Source: Pseudomonadota bacterium
GTDB lineage: Bacteria; Desulfobacterota; Desulfobacteria; Desulfobacterales; JBDRRP01
Direction of reading: 5' to 3'
DNA: 61,425 bases
Assembly (NCBI GenBank): GCA_043825735.1
Contig: JBDRRP010000027.1
Span: forward strand, 124,001-185,425
Within the stretch, counting starts at the first letter, position 1; the number at the start of each line of letters is the position of its first letter. The translations under genes and the position numbers were made by a program. Shown piece by piece: positions 9,437 through 18,903 of this stretch. The notes below the pieces were generated by a model that worked only from the letters and a program-made list of their open reading frames with translations, ran no database searches and had not been told where the DNA came from.

Positions 9437-10732
9437 ATGCCGACAATTTTTAAAATAAAGTCAATTCTGGTTGGGCTTTTATGGGTGACATTCACAATTG
9501 CCAATTGCGAAGCTGCTGGTGTTAAAATCGGATACGGCTGGAGTATTCATCCGGATGAGGCGACAGCAGTATCGGAAGCCATGGCAATGATGCAAAAGAC
9601 GATATCCAGGCCCAATCTTTTGATTTTATTGACCGAATCCTCTTATGAGCATGATGAAATAATTGCCAGAAATCTATATGAATCAACGCACGGAGCGAAG
9701 ATTTATGGCTTAGAAGGCTCTTATGCCGTTTTTACCGGAGACGGTGTACATGTCGGGGAAAAAGGTTCTTTGGCAATTCTTGGTATCGAGGCGCCCTCCT
9801 GGAGCGTGGGGATTGGCGCAGCAGATATGACAGATGCAAATACGCCCCTGCAAATCAAGGAAAAGACCATTGACGCAATAGAATCGGCGATCCGGGACGC
9901 GGGCAAATCAAAAGAGGACGAGCCCAGTTTGGTGTTGGTAGCGCCGACCAAACTGAAAGAGGAACCGATTCTGGATGCAATTGAATACATTTTCAGCAAA
10001 AATGTGAGAATTGCCGGGGGTAGCCCAGGCGGCCCCAACGTCACGGCCGATAATGCCGTGGTTCGGAACGGATTTGCCTTGGCGCTCATCTATGCGGGCA
10101 CCAAAATAGGTACCGGCTTTCATGCCGGGATAGCCGTTGACCGAAACAAATCCGGTGTGGTCACTGCAATGGGGAAAACGCGCAGAATCATAAAAGAAAT
10201 CAATAAAAGACCTGCTTTTGAAGTTTATCGCGAATGGGCCGGCGGAGCTCTTGACGATGTGAATCCTGCTGAATCGACAGCCATCTGGTCCCGATCCTTT
10301 GCATTGGTCCGTGTTTATGACCTACCCGGCAGTGAAGAAGGAACAAAGGTCGTGGTTCCGATATCGATAAATCCCGACCTTTCGATGGTTACGGGAGCAG
10401 ATGTCAGCGAAGGTGAACATCTCTATTTTGCCACCGCCACCAAGAAGGCATACATCAAAAGGGCAGGAACAATTGTACAGCAGGCCCTGGTCGAAGGGAA
10501 AATCAAGTATTCGGAACTTGTCGGGGGCGTTCACTTTTATTGCAGGGGAGCGGCTTTCTCCCAGTTCGGCAAAAACAAAGAGAATCTTCAGGCTTTGGTA
10601 AGGGAGACCAACGATAAGATGAAGGGCAAGCCTTATGTCGGTACATTTACCGCCGGAGAGCAGGGCAATATATCCGGCTATGGTATCTTCATGGGGAATT
10701 TGACCAGTTCAATGGCAATATTCGGAGAATAA
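9437..10732 (+). CDS. FIST N/C-domain sensory protein with predicted signal peptide
   Basis: IAGGS, IKEINKRPAFEVY, HFYCRG, GTFTAGEQ...NLTSS match FIST hallmarks; RBS AAGGAG. Confidence 0.8.
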   Translation: MPTIFKIKSILVGLLWVTFTIANCEAAGVKIGYGWSIHPDEATAVSEAMAMMQKTISRPNLLILLTESSYEHDEIIARNLYESTHGAKIYGLEGSYAVFTGDGVHVGEKGSLAILGIEAPSWSVGIGAADMTDANTPLQIKEKTIDAIESAIRDAGKSKEDEPSLVLVAPTKLKEEPILDAIEYIFSKNVRIAGGSPGGPNVTADNAVVRNGFALALIYAGTKIGTGFHAGIAVDRNKSGVVTAMGKTRRIIKEINKRPAFEVYREWAGGALDDVNPAESTAIWSRSFALVRVYDLPGSEEGTKVVVPISINPDLSMVTGADVSEGEHLYFATATKKAYIKRAGTIVQQALVEGKIKYSELVGGVHFYCRGAAFSQFGKNKENLQALVRETNDKMKGKPYVGTFTAGEQGNISGYGIFMGNLTSSMAIFGE

Positions 10733-10780
10733 AACCCTTCATTGCAAAAATTGGAATGCTCAATCCGCAGCCTCCGTTTA

Positions 10781-13186
10781 ATGAACACTGGGTTGAAAGG
10801 GGATACTTTGTCGGGTATTCGACTTAGCTTTCGGGCGAGACTATTTATACTCGTATCCGTCTTGATGATTTTTTCTATGTCTGCCCTGTCGGCTTTCCTC
10901 TTGAAAAATCTGAAAGATAATATGTCCGAAGAATTTAGAGAACGGGGCATTCTCCTTTCAAGAGAATTCTCCCAGAAAATTGCGGAAGGAATCGTGATCG
11001 AGGACAAGAGTACGTTGGACAAGTTTATCTCACAATTGTGTGGGTATAAAGATGTTTTGTATGTGTATATTTATAGTGAAACGGGTCTGATGCTGTCAGA
11101 AAAAGTCATCGTTGAAGGCTTAGAAAGCAAATTGCCTTCGAAGTCCAAATTAGACTACATTGAAATAGAAGAAATACAGGTTGGCGGCACGAGACAGCAT
11201 GCCATTCTGGAAATAAACGCACCCGTCAATTATGATAAAGAACGCGTTGGGCACATTCGATTGGGCATCTCTCTTGAGAGAATCCGCGAAGAAGTCAATA
11301 AGCGCATACTCAATTCATCGCTGCTGGTTGTTATCTTCATCGCCATTGGATTGATCATCTGTTTCTTCTTTTCCCGCTCATTCAGCATGCCAATCCGTCA
11401 ATTGCTGGAAGGGGTGAAGAATATCGGCCATGGCAGCCTGTCTCAGCATGTAATCGTTCAGAACAAATATGAAATCGGCGAGTTAGCTTTTGCTTTTAAC
11501 CAGATGATTGATCGTTTAAGTGAATCCGATGACAAGCTAAAGAGATACGCTCAAGAGTTAGAGATAAAAGTAGTGGAACGTACTTTCGAACTGAAGAAGA
11601 GCAACGCGCAGCTGGAGCAAGATATTGTCCAACGCCGAAAGATCGAGAAAGCCCTTAGAGAGAGTAAGGAACAGTACCAAATGCTGTTCAACCATCTTCC
11701 GGCCGGCGTAATCCACTTTAATGAAAATGGTATCATTCTTGACCTGAACAACAGGTTTGCCGAAATCATGGGCACCCCGCCAGATAAACTTTTCGGATTC
11801 GATATGCTTCAGTTGCCAGGTAACGAGAAGCTCTCGATAGCCATGCAGTATTCAATCGATGGTGAGCTTGGCTATTTTGAGGGCGACTATGTTTCTGCGT
11901 TCAGTGGAGAAAATTTGTTCCTGAAAGTCATTTACCATGGGATTACCGATGAAGCCGGAACATTTATTGCGGGCGTGGGACTTTTTGAGGACATGACCTT
12001 GAACAAACGCTCCGAGGCGGAGAAAATACAGCTTCAAGCCAAACTCCAGCGCTCGCAGAAGATGGAAGTTATCGGAATCTTGGCCGGAGGTGTGGCGCAT
12101 GACTTGAACAATATCTTATCCGGGCTCGTAACTTATCCTGAACTGCTTTTAATGAATCTTTCCGAAGACCACCCGTTACGGAAATGCGTACTGACCATTC
12201 AGGATTCCGGCATTAAGGCCGCTACAATTGTTCAAGACCTGCTAACCCTGGCTCGGAGAGGCGTTGCGGTATCGGAAGTAGTAAATATGAACGATATTGT
12301 GTCCGACTTTTTGAGAAGCCCGGTATATGACAAAATACTACAATATCACCCGGGTATTCAGCTTGAAATGAAAATAGAGCAAACGCTTCCCAATATGTCA
12401 GGATCGCCGGTTCATCTCTCCAAATGTGTCATGAACTTAATCTCGAATGCAGCAGAGGCCATGACCGATGGTGGCAAGATCGTTATATCCACCAAACACC
12501 AATACATTGACAAGCCGATACAGGGGTATGACGAAATCCGAAGAGGCGAATATATCGTTCTGAGTATAACTGATTTTGGCGTCGGCATGTCCTCCGAGGA
12601 AGTCAGCAGAATATTCGAACCATTCTATACAAAAAAGATAATGGGTAGAAGTGGGACGGGTTTGGGTATGGCCGTCGTTTGGGGTGCCGTCAAAGATCAT
12701 AACGGGTATATCGATGTGCAAAGCATCAAAGGCCAAGGCTCCCGGTTTGATCTGTATTTTCCTGCGACCAGGGAAAAGCTTACTGTCCGTGAGGCGGGTG
12801 TTCTTTTCGATGATAAAAAGGGAAGCGAAAAAATACTGATTGTTGATGATGTCGAACAACAACGGGAGATTGCATCTTTAATCTTAGAAAAATTGGGCTA
12901 TTCTGTTGAAACGGTATCTACCGGTGAAGAAGCCGTTGAATACATGAAGAACAACTCCGCAGATCTGTTGATTTTAGATATGATCATGGAACCAGGCATC
13001 GACGGTCTTGAGACATATAAAAGAATCCTTGAATATCATCCTCACCAGAAAGCCATCATTGCCAGCGGGTTCTCTGAAAGCAATCGCGTCAAAGAAGCGC
13101 AGCGAATGGGTGTTGGCGCCTATATCAAAAAGCCGTATTCATTGGAAAAAATCGTTGCGGCAGTGAGGGCTGAACTTGACGCTTAG
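10781..13186 (+). CDS. Hybrid sensor histidine kinase (TM-periplasmic-TM-HAMP-PAS-HisKA-HATPase-REC)
   Basis: LAGGVAHDLNNIL, IFEPFYTKK...GTGLGMA, receiver LIVDD/LDMIM/KP; start uncertain (10742, 10781 or 10808). Confidence 0.93.
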   Translation: MNTGLKGDTLSGIRLSFRARLFILVSVLMIFSMSALSAFLLKNLKDNMSEEFRERGILLSREFSQKIAEGIVIEDKSTLDKFISQLCGYKDVLYVYIYSETGLMLSEKVIVEGLESKLPSKSKLDYIEIEEIQVGGTRQHAILEINAPVNYDKERVGHIRLGISLERIREEVNKRILNSSLLVVIFIAIGLIICFFFSRSFSMPIRQLLEGVKNIGHGSLSQHVIVQNKYEIGELAFAFNQMIDRLSESDDKLKRYAQELEIKVVERTFELKKSNAQLEQDIVQRRKIEKALRESKEQYQMLFNHLPAGVIHFNENGIILDLNNRFAEIMGTPPDKLFGFDMLQLPGNEKLSIAMQYSIDGELGYFEGDYVSAFSGENLFLKVIYHGITDEAGTFIAGVGLFEDMTLNKRSEAEKIQLQAKLQRSQKMEVIGILAGGVAHDLNNILSGLVTYPELLLMNLSEDHPLRKCVLTIQDSGIKAATIVQDLLTLARRGVAVSEVVNMNDIVSDFLRSPVYDKILQYHPGIQLEMKIEQTLPNMSGSPVHLSKCVMNLISNAAEAMTDGGKIVISTKHQYIDKPIQGYDEIRRGEYIVLSITDFGVGMSSEEVSRIFEPFYTKKIMGRSGTGLGMAVVWGAVKDHNGYIDVQSIKGQGSRFDLYFPATREKLTVREAGVLFDDKKGSEKILIVDDVEQQREIASLILEKLGYSVETVSTGEEAVEYMKNNSADLLILDMIMEPGIDGLETYKRILEYHPHQKAIIASGFSESNRVKEAQRMGVGAYIKKPYSLEKIVAAVRAELDA

Positions 13187-13242
13187 ATGCTCTTCAAAAC
13201 CGCCACCGCGCCTCGCCAAAAGATGCCCTTTCTGGACGGCCC

Positions 13243-14025
13243 CTATCGGGGTCGCATCCGCTTGGACGCCACCCCCCACACAAACACTTCCACCCAGTCA
13301 AAGCCGAAGGCCAGCAGGGCGTCGTCGTCCACCGAGAGCTTTCGCTTCAGATCCGATTTCACCGCATAGCGCTTGAAAAAGCTGCTGTCGAAGAGAAATT
13401 CCCTGAACCGATCGATGTTGTAGACCGCCATGAAGGCCATTTTCGCCTGCTGGCCGTTGGGGCCGGAAGCGCCCCACGGGTTTTCCTGAAAGCGGCTTTT
13501 GATGTCGGCCCAGCGGTGCGTCATCAGATGGTGTCGATGTGCGTCCTGATCATCGGCCCACTGCGCCGGGGTCAGGACCTGGGATTCATGCTGGCCGAGA
13601 CAGAAATCGGGCGGCCTGAAAAAATGGACCACGGTTGATTTGCCGGTCCTGGCATCGAAATATCGCCCCTGCTCGACCGGAAAGGTGCGACAGGCGTCGG
13701 GCCGGTCCGCATACACGCGGCAGCCGGCACCGGTGAGAAAGGGGCAGGTTTTCTCAGCGTTGTCAGCCATGGTCAGGAGCACGTCCGGGAAATGGTTGCC
13801 CTCGCGCATCACGACATCCACGTGCCGGTCCAGAAAGGCCTCTGACCTCATGCCGAGGGCGTTTTTGAGCCGCATGACGTCGTAAGGGTATATAAAAAGG
13901 TTCAGATTGCGGCAGCACCGGTTGAAACAGGCCAGCTCGCCGTGGCAGGCAAAACGGAATGTTTCCCCGTCGGCGATGCGCCGCCCGGGCAGATTGTCCA
14001 TTTGATCGATATCTATGGATTTCAT
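13243..14025 (-). CDS. YkgJ-family cysteine-cluster protein
   Basis: FRFACHGELACFNRCC...CPFL...GCRVYADRPDACRTFP; paralog of 3122-3856. Confidence 0.85.
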   Translation of the reverse strand: MKSIDIDQMDNLPGRRIADGETFRFACHGELACFNRCCRNLNLFIYPYDVMRLKNALGMRSEAFLDRHVDVVMREGNHFPDVLLTMADNAEKTCPFLTGAGCRVYADRPDACRTFPVEQGRYFDARTGKSTVVHFFRPPDFCLGQHESQVLTPAQWADDQDAHRHHLMTHRWADIKSRFQENPWGASGPNGQQAKMAFMAVYNIDRFREFLFDSSFFKRYAVKSDLKRKLSVDDDALLAFGFDWVEVFVWGVASKRMRPR

Positions 14026-14675
14026 GCCCCTGCCCGCCCCTTTTCGGCGCTGAACACATCGTCAAATAGGCAGATCATATCAGCCACGGTCAGTTTGAGT
14101 CTGCCTTCCCATCCCACGACCCGGCGCAGTCGCTGTTCCAGCTGCGCCATTCGGGTGTAATGCGGCGTGCGATCCAGCCTGGGGGCGTCACCCGTGCCGT
14201 GACGCTGGTGGAACGCATCACACCCGGTGCCGGGCATCGATGCGCCGTCCGGCCGGGTCATGGCGCTGGGCAAGCCATGAAGCCGGCAGATCATGGGCCG
14301 GTGGGCATAGAGCAGACACAGACCTGCGTCGTTGACCGGGCACACCGTGTCGAAGACCGCACCGCCGTCATCGGCCCGGGCCATGGCCTCCACCACCGAG
14401 CGTGCCCGCAGCGCCACCTCGGCTGCAACATCGCTATCAAGCAGCGAATACCCGTCAAAGAGCGTACACATCTCGGAAAGGGTATGGTGATAAAAGCGCG
14501 TACGGCAGCAGTTGTCTTCGCAGCCACTGCAGCGAAACCCGTAGTGACGGGCCACATCATCGTAAGCGGCGTCCATCGACGCATAGGCCTCGTCAACGGC
14601 GGCCTTATACGGCGCAAACCACACGGTATCGGCAAAAAGGGGAGACAGGGAAGCGGGTGCCACGGGCGATCTCAT
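14022..14675 (-). CDS. YkgJ-like cysteine-cluster protein
   Basis: FRCSGCEDNCC, CPVN...CLLYAHRPMICRLHG; 4-bp overlaps with both neighbours. Confidence 0.75.
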   Translation of the reverse strand: MRSPVAPASLSPLFADTVWFAPYKAAVDEAYASMDAAYDDVARHYGFRCSGCEDNCCRTRFYHHTLSEMCTLFDGYSLLDSDVAAEVALRARSVVEAMARADDGGAVFDTVCPVNDAGLCLLYAHRPMICRLHGLPSAMTRPDGASMPGTGCDAFHQRHGTGDAPRLDRTPHYTRMAQLEQRLRRVVGWEGRLKLTVADMICLFDDVFSAEKGRAGA

Positions 14676-15751
14676 ACGAGCGGACTGGGAAAAAACAGTT
14701 TGATGTAACGATCCAGGGCGTATCGATCCGTCATGCTGGCAATCAGATCGCAGACAACACGCTCGCGGGAATCGCCGTTTTGATCGATGGCAGGCAGGTC
14801 CATCGCCGCCAGTTCCCGTTTCAGGTGCTCCTCGTTTTTTGTAAAAAACTCGTAGAGCTCCGAAAGGATTTTCTTTGCCTTTACAAATTCATTGTGGACC
14901 CGGCTGGACCGGTACACGTTGTCGTACATAAATTCGCGAAGATGCATCATGGCATCCAACACAACGCCGCTGAACTGAAGTTTGAGGTCCCCGTTGGCCT
15001 GCCGGCTGTTGAACACCAGATCGCGCACCATGGTGGTGGCCCGCTGACTGTGGGTGTGTCCCAGGACCTTCTCACAGGCGTCCGGCACCTGGCCGGCGGT
15101 GATGACGCCGCTGCGGATGGCATCGTCCAGATCATGATTGAGATAGGCCATGATGTCGGCGACCCGAACGACCTGCCCTTCGACGGTGATGGCCTTTTCT
15201 TCCGGAAGCTCCGGCAATATCGATCCGAACCCCTTCGAGTGTTTCAGGATGCCGTCTCTGACCTCTATGGTCAGATTGAGCCCCTCACCGCATTTCGCTA
15301 GCTTTTCGACAATCCGCAGACTCTGTTCGTTATGGGAAAACGTTGGGGAATAAATCTCTTTGAGGGCCGTTTCGCCGCTGTGCCCGAACGGGGTGTGGCC
15401 CAGGTCGTGGCCCAGGGCGATGGCTTCGGCCAGATCCTCGTTCAGACGCATGGCCCGGGCGATGGTGCGCGCAATCTGTGCCACTTCCAGCGTATGCGTC
15501 AATCGGGTGCGATACTGATCGCCCAGCGGCGAGAGAAATACCTGGGTCTTATATTTCATCCGGCGAAATGCGTTGCAGTACATGATCCGGTCTCTGTCGC
15601 GCTGAAACTCGGTGCGGATCAGTGACGGCCCTTCGGCTTTGATACGTCCCCGCGTCTCTGCACTGGCGCAGCCGAACGGGGAGAGGAACCCCTTTTCGCG
15701 TTTTTCGAATTCCTCCCGAATATTCATCATATTACGTTCGTCAGCGGTCAT
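14672..15751 (-). CDS. dgt: dGTP triphosphohydrolase-like HD protein
   Basis: FQRDRDRI, RTRLTHTLEV, HDLGHTPFGH, HDLDDA, MTDRYA; start may be 15730. Confidence 0.92.
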   Translation of the reverse strand: MTADERNMMNIREEFEKREKGFLSPFGCASAETRGRIKAEGPSLIRTEFQRDRDRIMYCNAFRRMKYKTQVFLSPLGDQYRTRLTHTLEVAQIARTIARAMRLNEDLAEAIALGHDLGHTPFGHSGETALKEIYSPTFSHNEQSLRIVEKLAKCGEGLNLTIEVRDGILKHSKGFGSILPELPEEKAITVEGQVVRVADIMAYLNHDLDDAIRSGVITAGQVPDACEKVLGHTHSQRATTMVRDLVFNSRQANGDLKLQFSGVVLDAMMHLREFMYDNVYRSSRVHNEFVKAKKILSELYEFFTKNEEHLKRELAAMDLPAIDQNGDSRERVVCDLIASMTDRYALDRYIKLFFPSPLV

Positions 15752-15973
15752 GCAGCCATCCGTTTGTCATAATCGCGGGCCGGCGAATGCGCCTTCTGGC
15801 GCTCCGGTCAACGGCGTAGCCTATCGGCACCTGGCGGCCAAGTAAAGCGTTTTTTGGGTTTACAGGCGTGCGGGTTGCCCATAGCATTATTGCTGGAAAT
15901 GACTAATGTATCCCATGACAACATTCTCTCAATGATGCGTCACCGCTTTTCGATATGGTCGACGTTCGCTTTT

Positions 15974-16002
15974 CTTTGCGATCTTGGCGGCTTGGCGAGC
16001 GA
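15974..16002. repeat. 9-nt-period heptamer right arm (CTTTGCG/CTTGGCG x3)
   Basis: CTTTGCG-at-CTTGGCG-g-CTTGGCG-agcga, 9 nt before family A copy 1. Confidence 0.65.
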
Positions 16003-16011
16003 AAATCTGAA

Positions 16012-16308
16012 CCTGGATCTCTATGAAGCGCCAGTGCCGCAGTGATCACCGGTTTTCAATGGTCAACTGACCTGCGCACCGTATTGCCAAGGATGAATCG
16101 GCTTGTTAGCACAAGGCCATCGAAATCGGGATCGCTATCGAAATCGAAATGTCATTGGTCGCAGCACGAACACGACGAGATCGCCCCCGCCACTGACGCC
16201 ATTAATCGGCCGATCTCAGAATGTATAAATCGATTTCGATCCCGATAGCGATTTCGATCCCGGGCAAATCAACCGCCAGTGAAAAGGCTGGAGCATTCTG
16301 GATAACCG
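16012..16308 (+). repeat. Dispersed repeat family A, copy 1 (ATCGNN hairpin core)
   Basis: Reverse complement of 38851-39151, including identical 37-bp and 49-bp blocks. Confidence 0.92.
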
Positions 16309-16388
16309 AAAATCCGGATTCAAACGACTGCATGCAGAGACCGAACGGCCAATTACAGGCGAAAAATACTGGGACAAGGGACAGTGAT

Positions 16389-16940
16389 ATGGGCGGACAC
16401 CACCTCATACTGGGCAGGCTCAAAGACTATCTGACCGGCCGCATCGTGGACGACACCTTAGATGAGCGGATCCGCCAGAAACTGGCCCGGCTGCTGGTCG
16501 AGGTCAAGGGGTTTTCCCCGGCCGACATCGTCTCCCGCACCGCCTACACGGTGCACTGCGGCCCGAATCGTGCCGTGATTCCCATCGATTTTATCATTTA
16601 CCAGAACGGGCGCGCCGCCATGCTCGTAAAATACGGCCCCGGCTCTCTGGTCACCCGTCACCAGCCGGTTCTGGCCGCCGCACGCATCGTCACCGAAAGA
16701 CCGATACCCGTGGCCGTTGCCACCAACGGCCGTGACGCAGACGTGCTGTCCACCCACCGGGGTACTGTTCTGGCCGGCGGCATGACCGGCATCCCCGACC
16801 GCCGGCGGCTTGAGTCCATGGCCGGCGATGAAAACTTTCCGCTGCTGTCAGTCGGCGCCATCGAAAAAAACAGCCGCATTCTCTATGCTTATGAAGTGGA
16901 CGGGGCCTGCCCCTGCGACGATACCGTTTGCAAACTGTAA
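16389..16940 (+). CDS. Stand-alone HsdR N-terminal-like domain protein
   Basis: ERIRQKLARLL, IDFII...LVKY, AVATNG pattern; ATG 16389 chosen because the upstream ORF extension lies in repeat A. Confidence 0.65.
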   Translation: MGGHHLILGRLKDYLTGRIVDDTLDERIRQKLARLLVEVKGFSPADIVSRTAYTVHCGPNRAVIPIDFIIYQNGRAAMLVKYGPGSLVTRHQPVLAAARIVTERPIPVAVATNGRDADVLSTHRGTVLAGGMTGIPDRRRLESMAGDENFPLLSVGAIEKNSRILYAYEVDGACPCDDTVCKL

Positions 16941-16980
16941 CCCCCCACAACCGTGACAAACTCATAAAAAGCCATTTTTT

Positions 16981-17060
16981 CGCAAAAACGCCAAGCAGGC
17001 CAAGAAAAACATCATTAATACGCTCATGTTCGCTTTGCGATCATTGCGGCTTTGCGAGAG
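16981..17060. repeat. 9-nt-period heptamer inverted repeat
   Basis: Left CGCAAAA/CGCCAAG/GGCCAAG, right CTTTGCG/CATTGCG/CTTTGCG-agag. Confidence 0.7.
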
Positions 17061-17100
17061 CTTGGGGCTTTCACCGGACCATCAACCATGGAGCGCGCAC

Positions 17101-17625
17101 ATGCCTCACCGATTTACCCAGCAAGAGTACCACTATTTTATGGACAAGGCGTTGTTCGAAGCCGAATCGGCATTGCGCCGCGGGGATTTTCCGGTGGGTT
17201 GCGTGATTACCGACGGAAAGGATATTGTCGCCAGCGGCTCTCGGGAGGGGTCCACCGGCCAGCGCCCCAACGAAATCGACCACGCGGAAATCATGGCACT
17301 GCGCCGTCTCGGCGCGCTCAGTGAAGCGGTGGATCCTTCCGGTCTGGCGCTGTTTTGTACCTTGGAGCCCTGCCTGATGTGCTACGGCGCCATCTTGCTC
17401 AGCGGTATTTCAGAAATCGTCTATGCCTATGAAGACGTCATGGGCGGCGGCACGGGATGCCACCTGGGCGCACTGCCGCCGCTCTACGCGCAGCGGCAGA
17501 TAATCATTGCAGCCGGTGTGCGGCGCAAAGAGAGCCTGGTCCTGTTTCAGGCATTTTTCGGCAATCCGGACAACGATTATTGGCGGGCAAGCTATTTGGC
17601 TGATTACACCCTGGGACAGCCATGA
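17101..17625 (+). CDS. Nucleoside/tRNA adenosine deaminase (TadA-like)
   Basis: PVGCVI, HAEIMAL, TLEPCLMC zinc motifs. Confidence 0.88.
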   Translation: MPHRFTQQEYHYFMDKALFEAESALRRGDFPVGCVITDGKDIVASGSREGSTGQRPNEIDHAEIMALRRLGALSEAVDPSGLALFCTLEPCLMCYGAILLSGISEIVYAYEDVMGGGTGCHLGALPPLYAQRQIIIAAGVRRKESLVLFQAFFGNPDNDYWRASYLADYTLGQP

Positions 17626-17894
17626 TGCAGCCCCCATCGCACCTGGCCCGGTGACGTCTGGGCGACTCAGAGCGCCCTGTGATTCGATACGACGCGACAC
17701 CGGCTGAAATACCGGGCGACCTTCTCACGGCGCGGAATCTTTTATTTTTTTCTTGCATTTATCCTGGTGATTTTATATTTGACAGAACACTTTTGAGAGG
17801 CACGCAACGTTAACTTACTGATAATCAGAGAAAAACGGCGGAAGCTGTATTTCGAGTGCCGCTCTGAGGCAATTTTGACAACAGGAGGTGTAGG

Positions 17895-18443
17895 ATAGCC
17901 GTACCCAGAAAATTCAACAAACCGGAAAAGGCGGCCGACCGCACACGGATCAATCGGGATATCAGGGCAAAAGAAGTCCGCGTCATCGATCCTGAGGGCG
18001 AGCAGGTCGGCGTTGTGCCCACATACAAAGCTCTGGCATTGGCCGGGGATCACGGGTTGGACCTCGTGGAGGTCTCTCCCAATGCGAACCCGCCCGTATG
18101 CAAGATCATGGACTACGGCCGCTACAAATACGAGCTGACCAAAAAGAAGCAGGAAGCCAAGAAAAAGCAGACGACATTCCAGGTAAAAGAAATCAAGGTC
18201 CGCCCCAAGACCGGCGAACATGATCTGGAGACCAAGCTCGGGCACATCCGTAAGTTCATCGAAAAGAAGGACAAAGTAAAAGTCACGGTCATGTTCCGGG
18301 GCAGAGAGATCACCCTGTCTGCGATGGGCAGGGAACTGTTGCAGAAAATCGCCATCGCTGTTGAGGAAGTCGCCGTCGTGGAACAGGCCCCGAAATTCGA
18401 GGGGCGCACCATGATGATGATACTCGCTCCGAAGGCTGTTTAG
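17895..18443 (+). CDS. infC: Translation initiation factor IF-3, AUA start
   Basis: Frame extends upstream of the called ORF through RINRDIRAKEVRVID to ATA 17895 after AGGAGGTG; DLVEVSPNANPPVCKIMDYG. Confidence 0.95.
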   Translation: MAVPRKFNKPEKAADRTRINRDIRAKEVRVIDPEGEQVGVVPTYKALALAGDHGLDLVEVSPNANPPVCKIMDYGRYKYELTKKKQEAKKKQTTFQVKEIKVRPKTGEHDLETKLGHIRKFIEKKDKVKVTVMFRGREITLSAMGRELLQKIAIAVEEVAVVEQAPKFEGRTMMMILAPKAV

Positions 18444-18636
18444 ACACTGGAGCCTGGGATTTTTTCGGGATTCCGGTAGCGCTGAGACCACCGACGTGGC
18501 GCGGGAGAGACGCCCCCGCGCCATCTGTATTTCGTGTGTAAAACACACCCTGACCGAATCTTGCAGGCTTAAACGTCCGATCATTCGGCCGTGCCTGCCT
18601 GATCGGGCCACGCAAACCAAGAAGGAGTAGATTGAA

Positions 18637-18834
18637 ATGCCTAAAATCAAAACCAACCGCGCCGCAGCCAAGCGATTCAAGCTCACCGGCAGCGGAAAAT
18701 TCAAATTTGGCAAATCGCATCGCAGCCATATTTTGACGAAAAAGACGACCAAGCGAAAGCGTCAGCTGCGACGGGAGCACCTCGTCGCCCGATCCGATAT
18801 CAAAGAGGTCAGATTGCTGCTGCCCAACAGCTAA
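18637..18834 (+). CDS. rpmI: 50S ribosomal protein L35
   Basis: [15 protein letters not shown]...HILTKK; synteny. Confidence 0.97.
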   Translation: MPKIKTNRAAAKRFKLTGSGKFKFGKSHRSHILTKKTTKRKRQLRREHLVARSDIKEVRLLLPNS

Positions 18835-18903
18835 AAACCACCTCGGTCGCCGCCATAAACGCCCCTGGCGCTGCAGCATGCGACTGATTCAAGGAGATCG
18901 ACC

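Noticed and set aside
16221..16388. ORF extensions and ORFs rich in SISIP/DFDPD (also 37877, 41011, 47973, 56419)
   Set aside because: Translations of ATCGNN hexamer repeats; frames are not conserved between copies.
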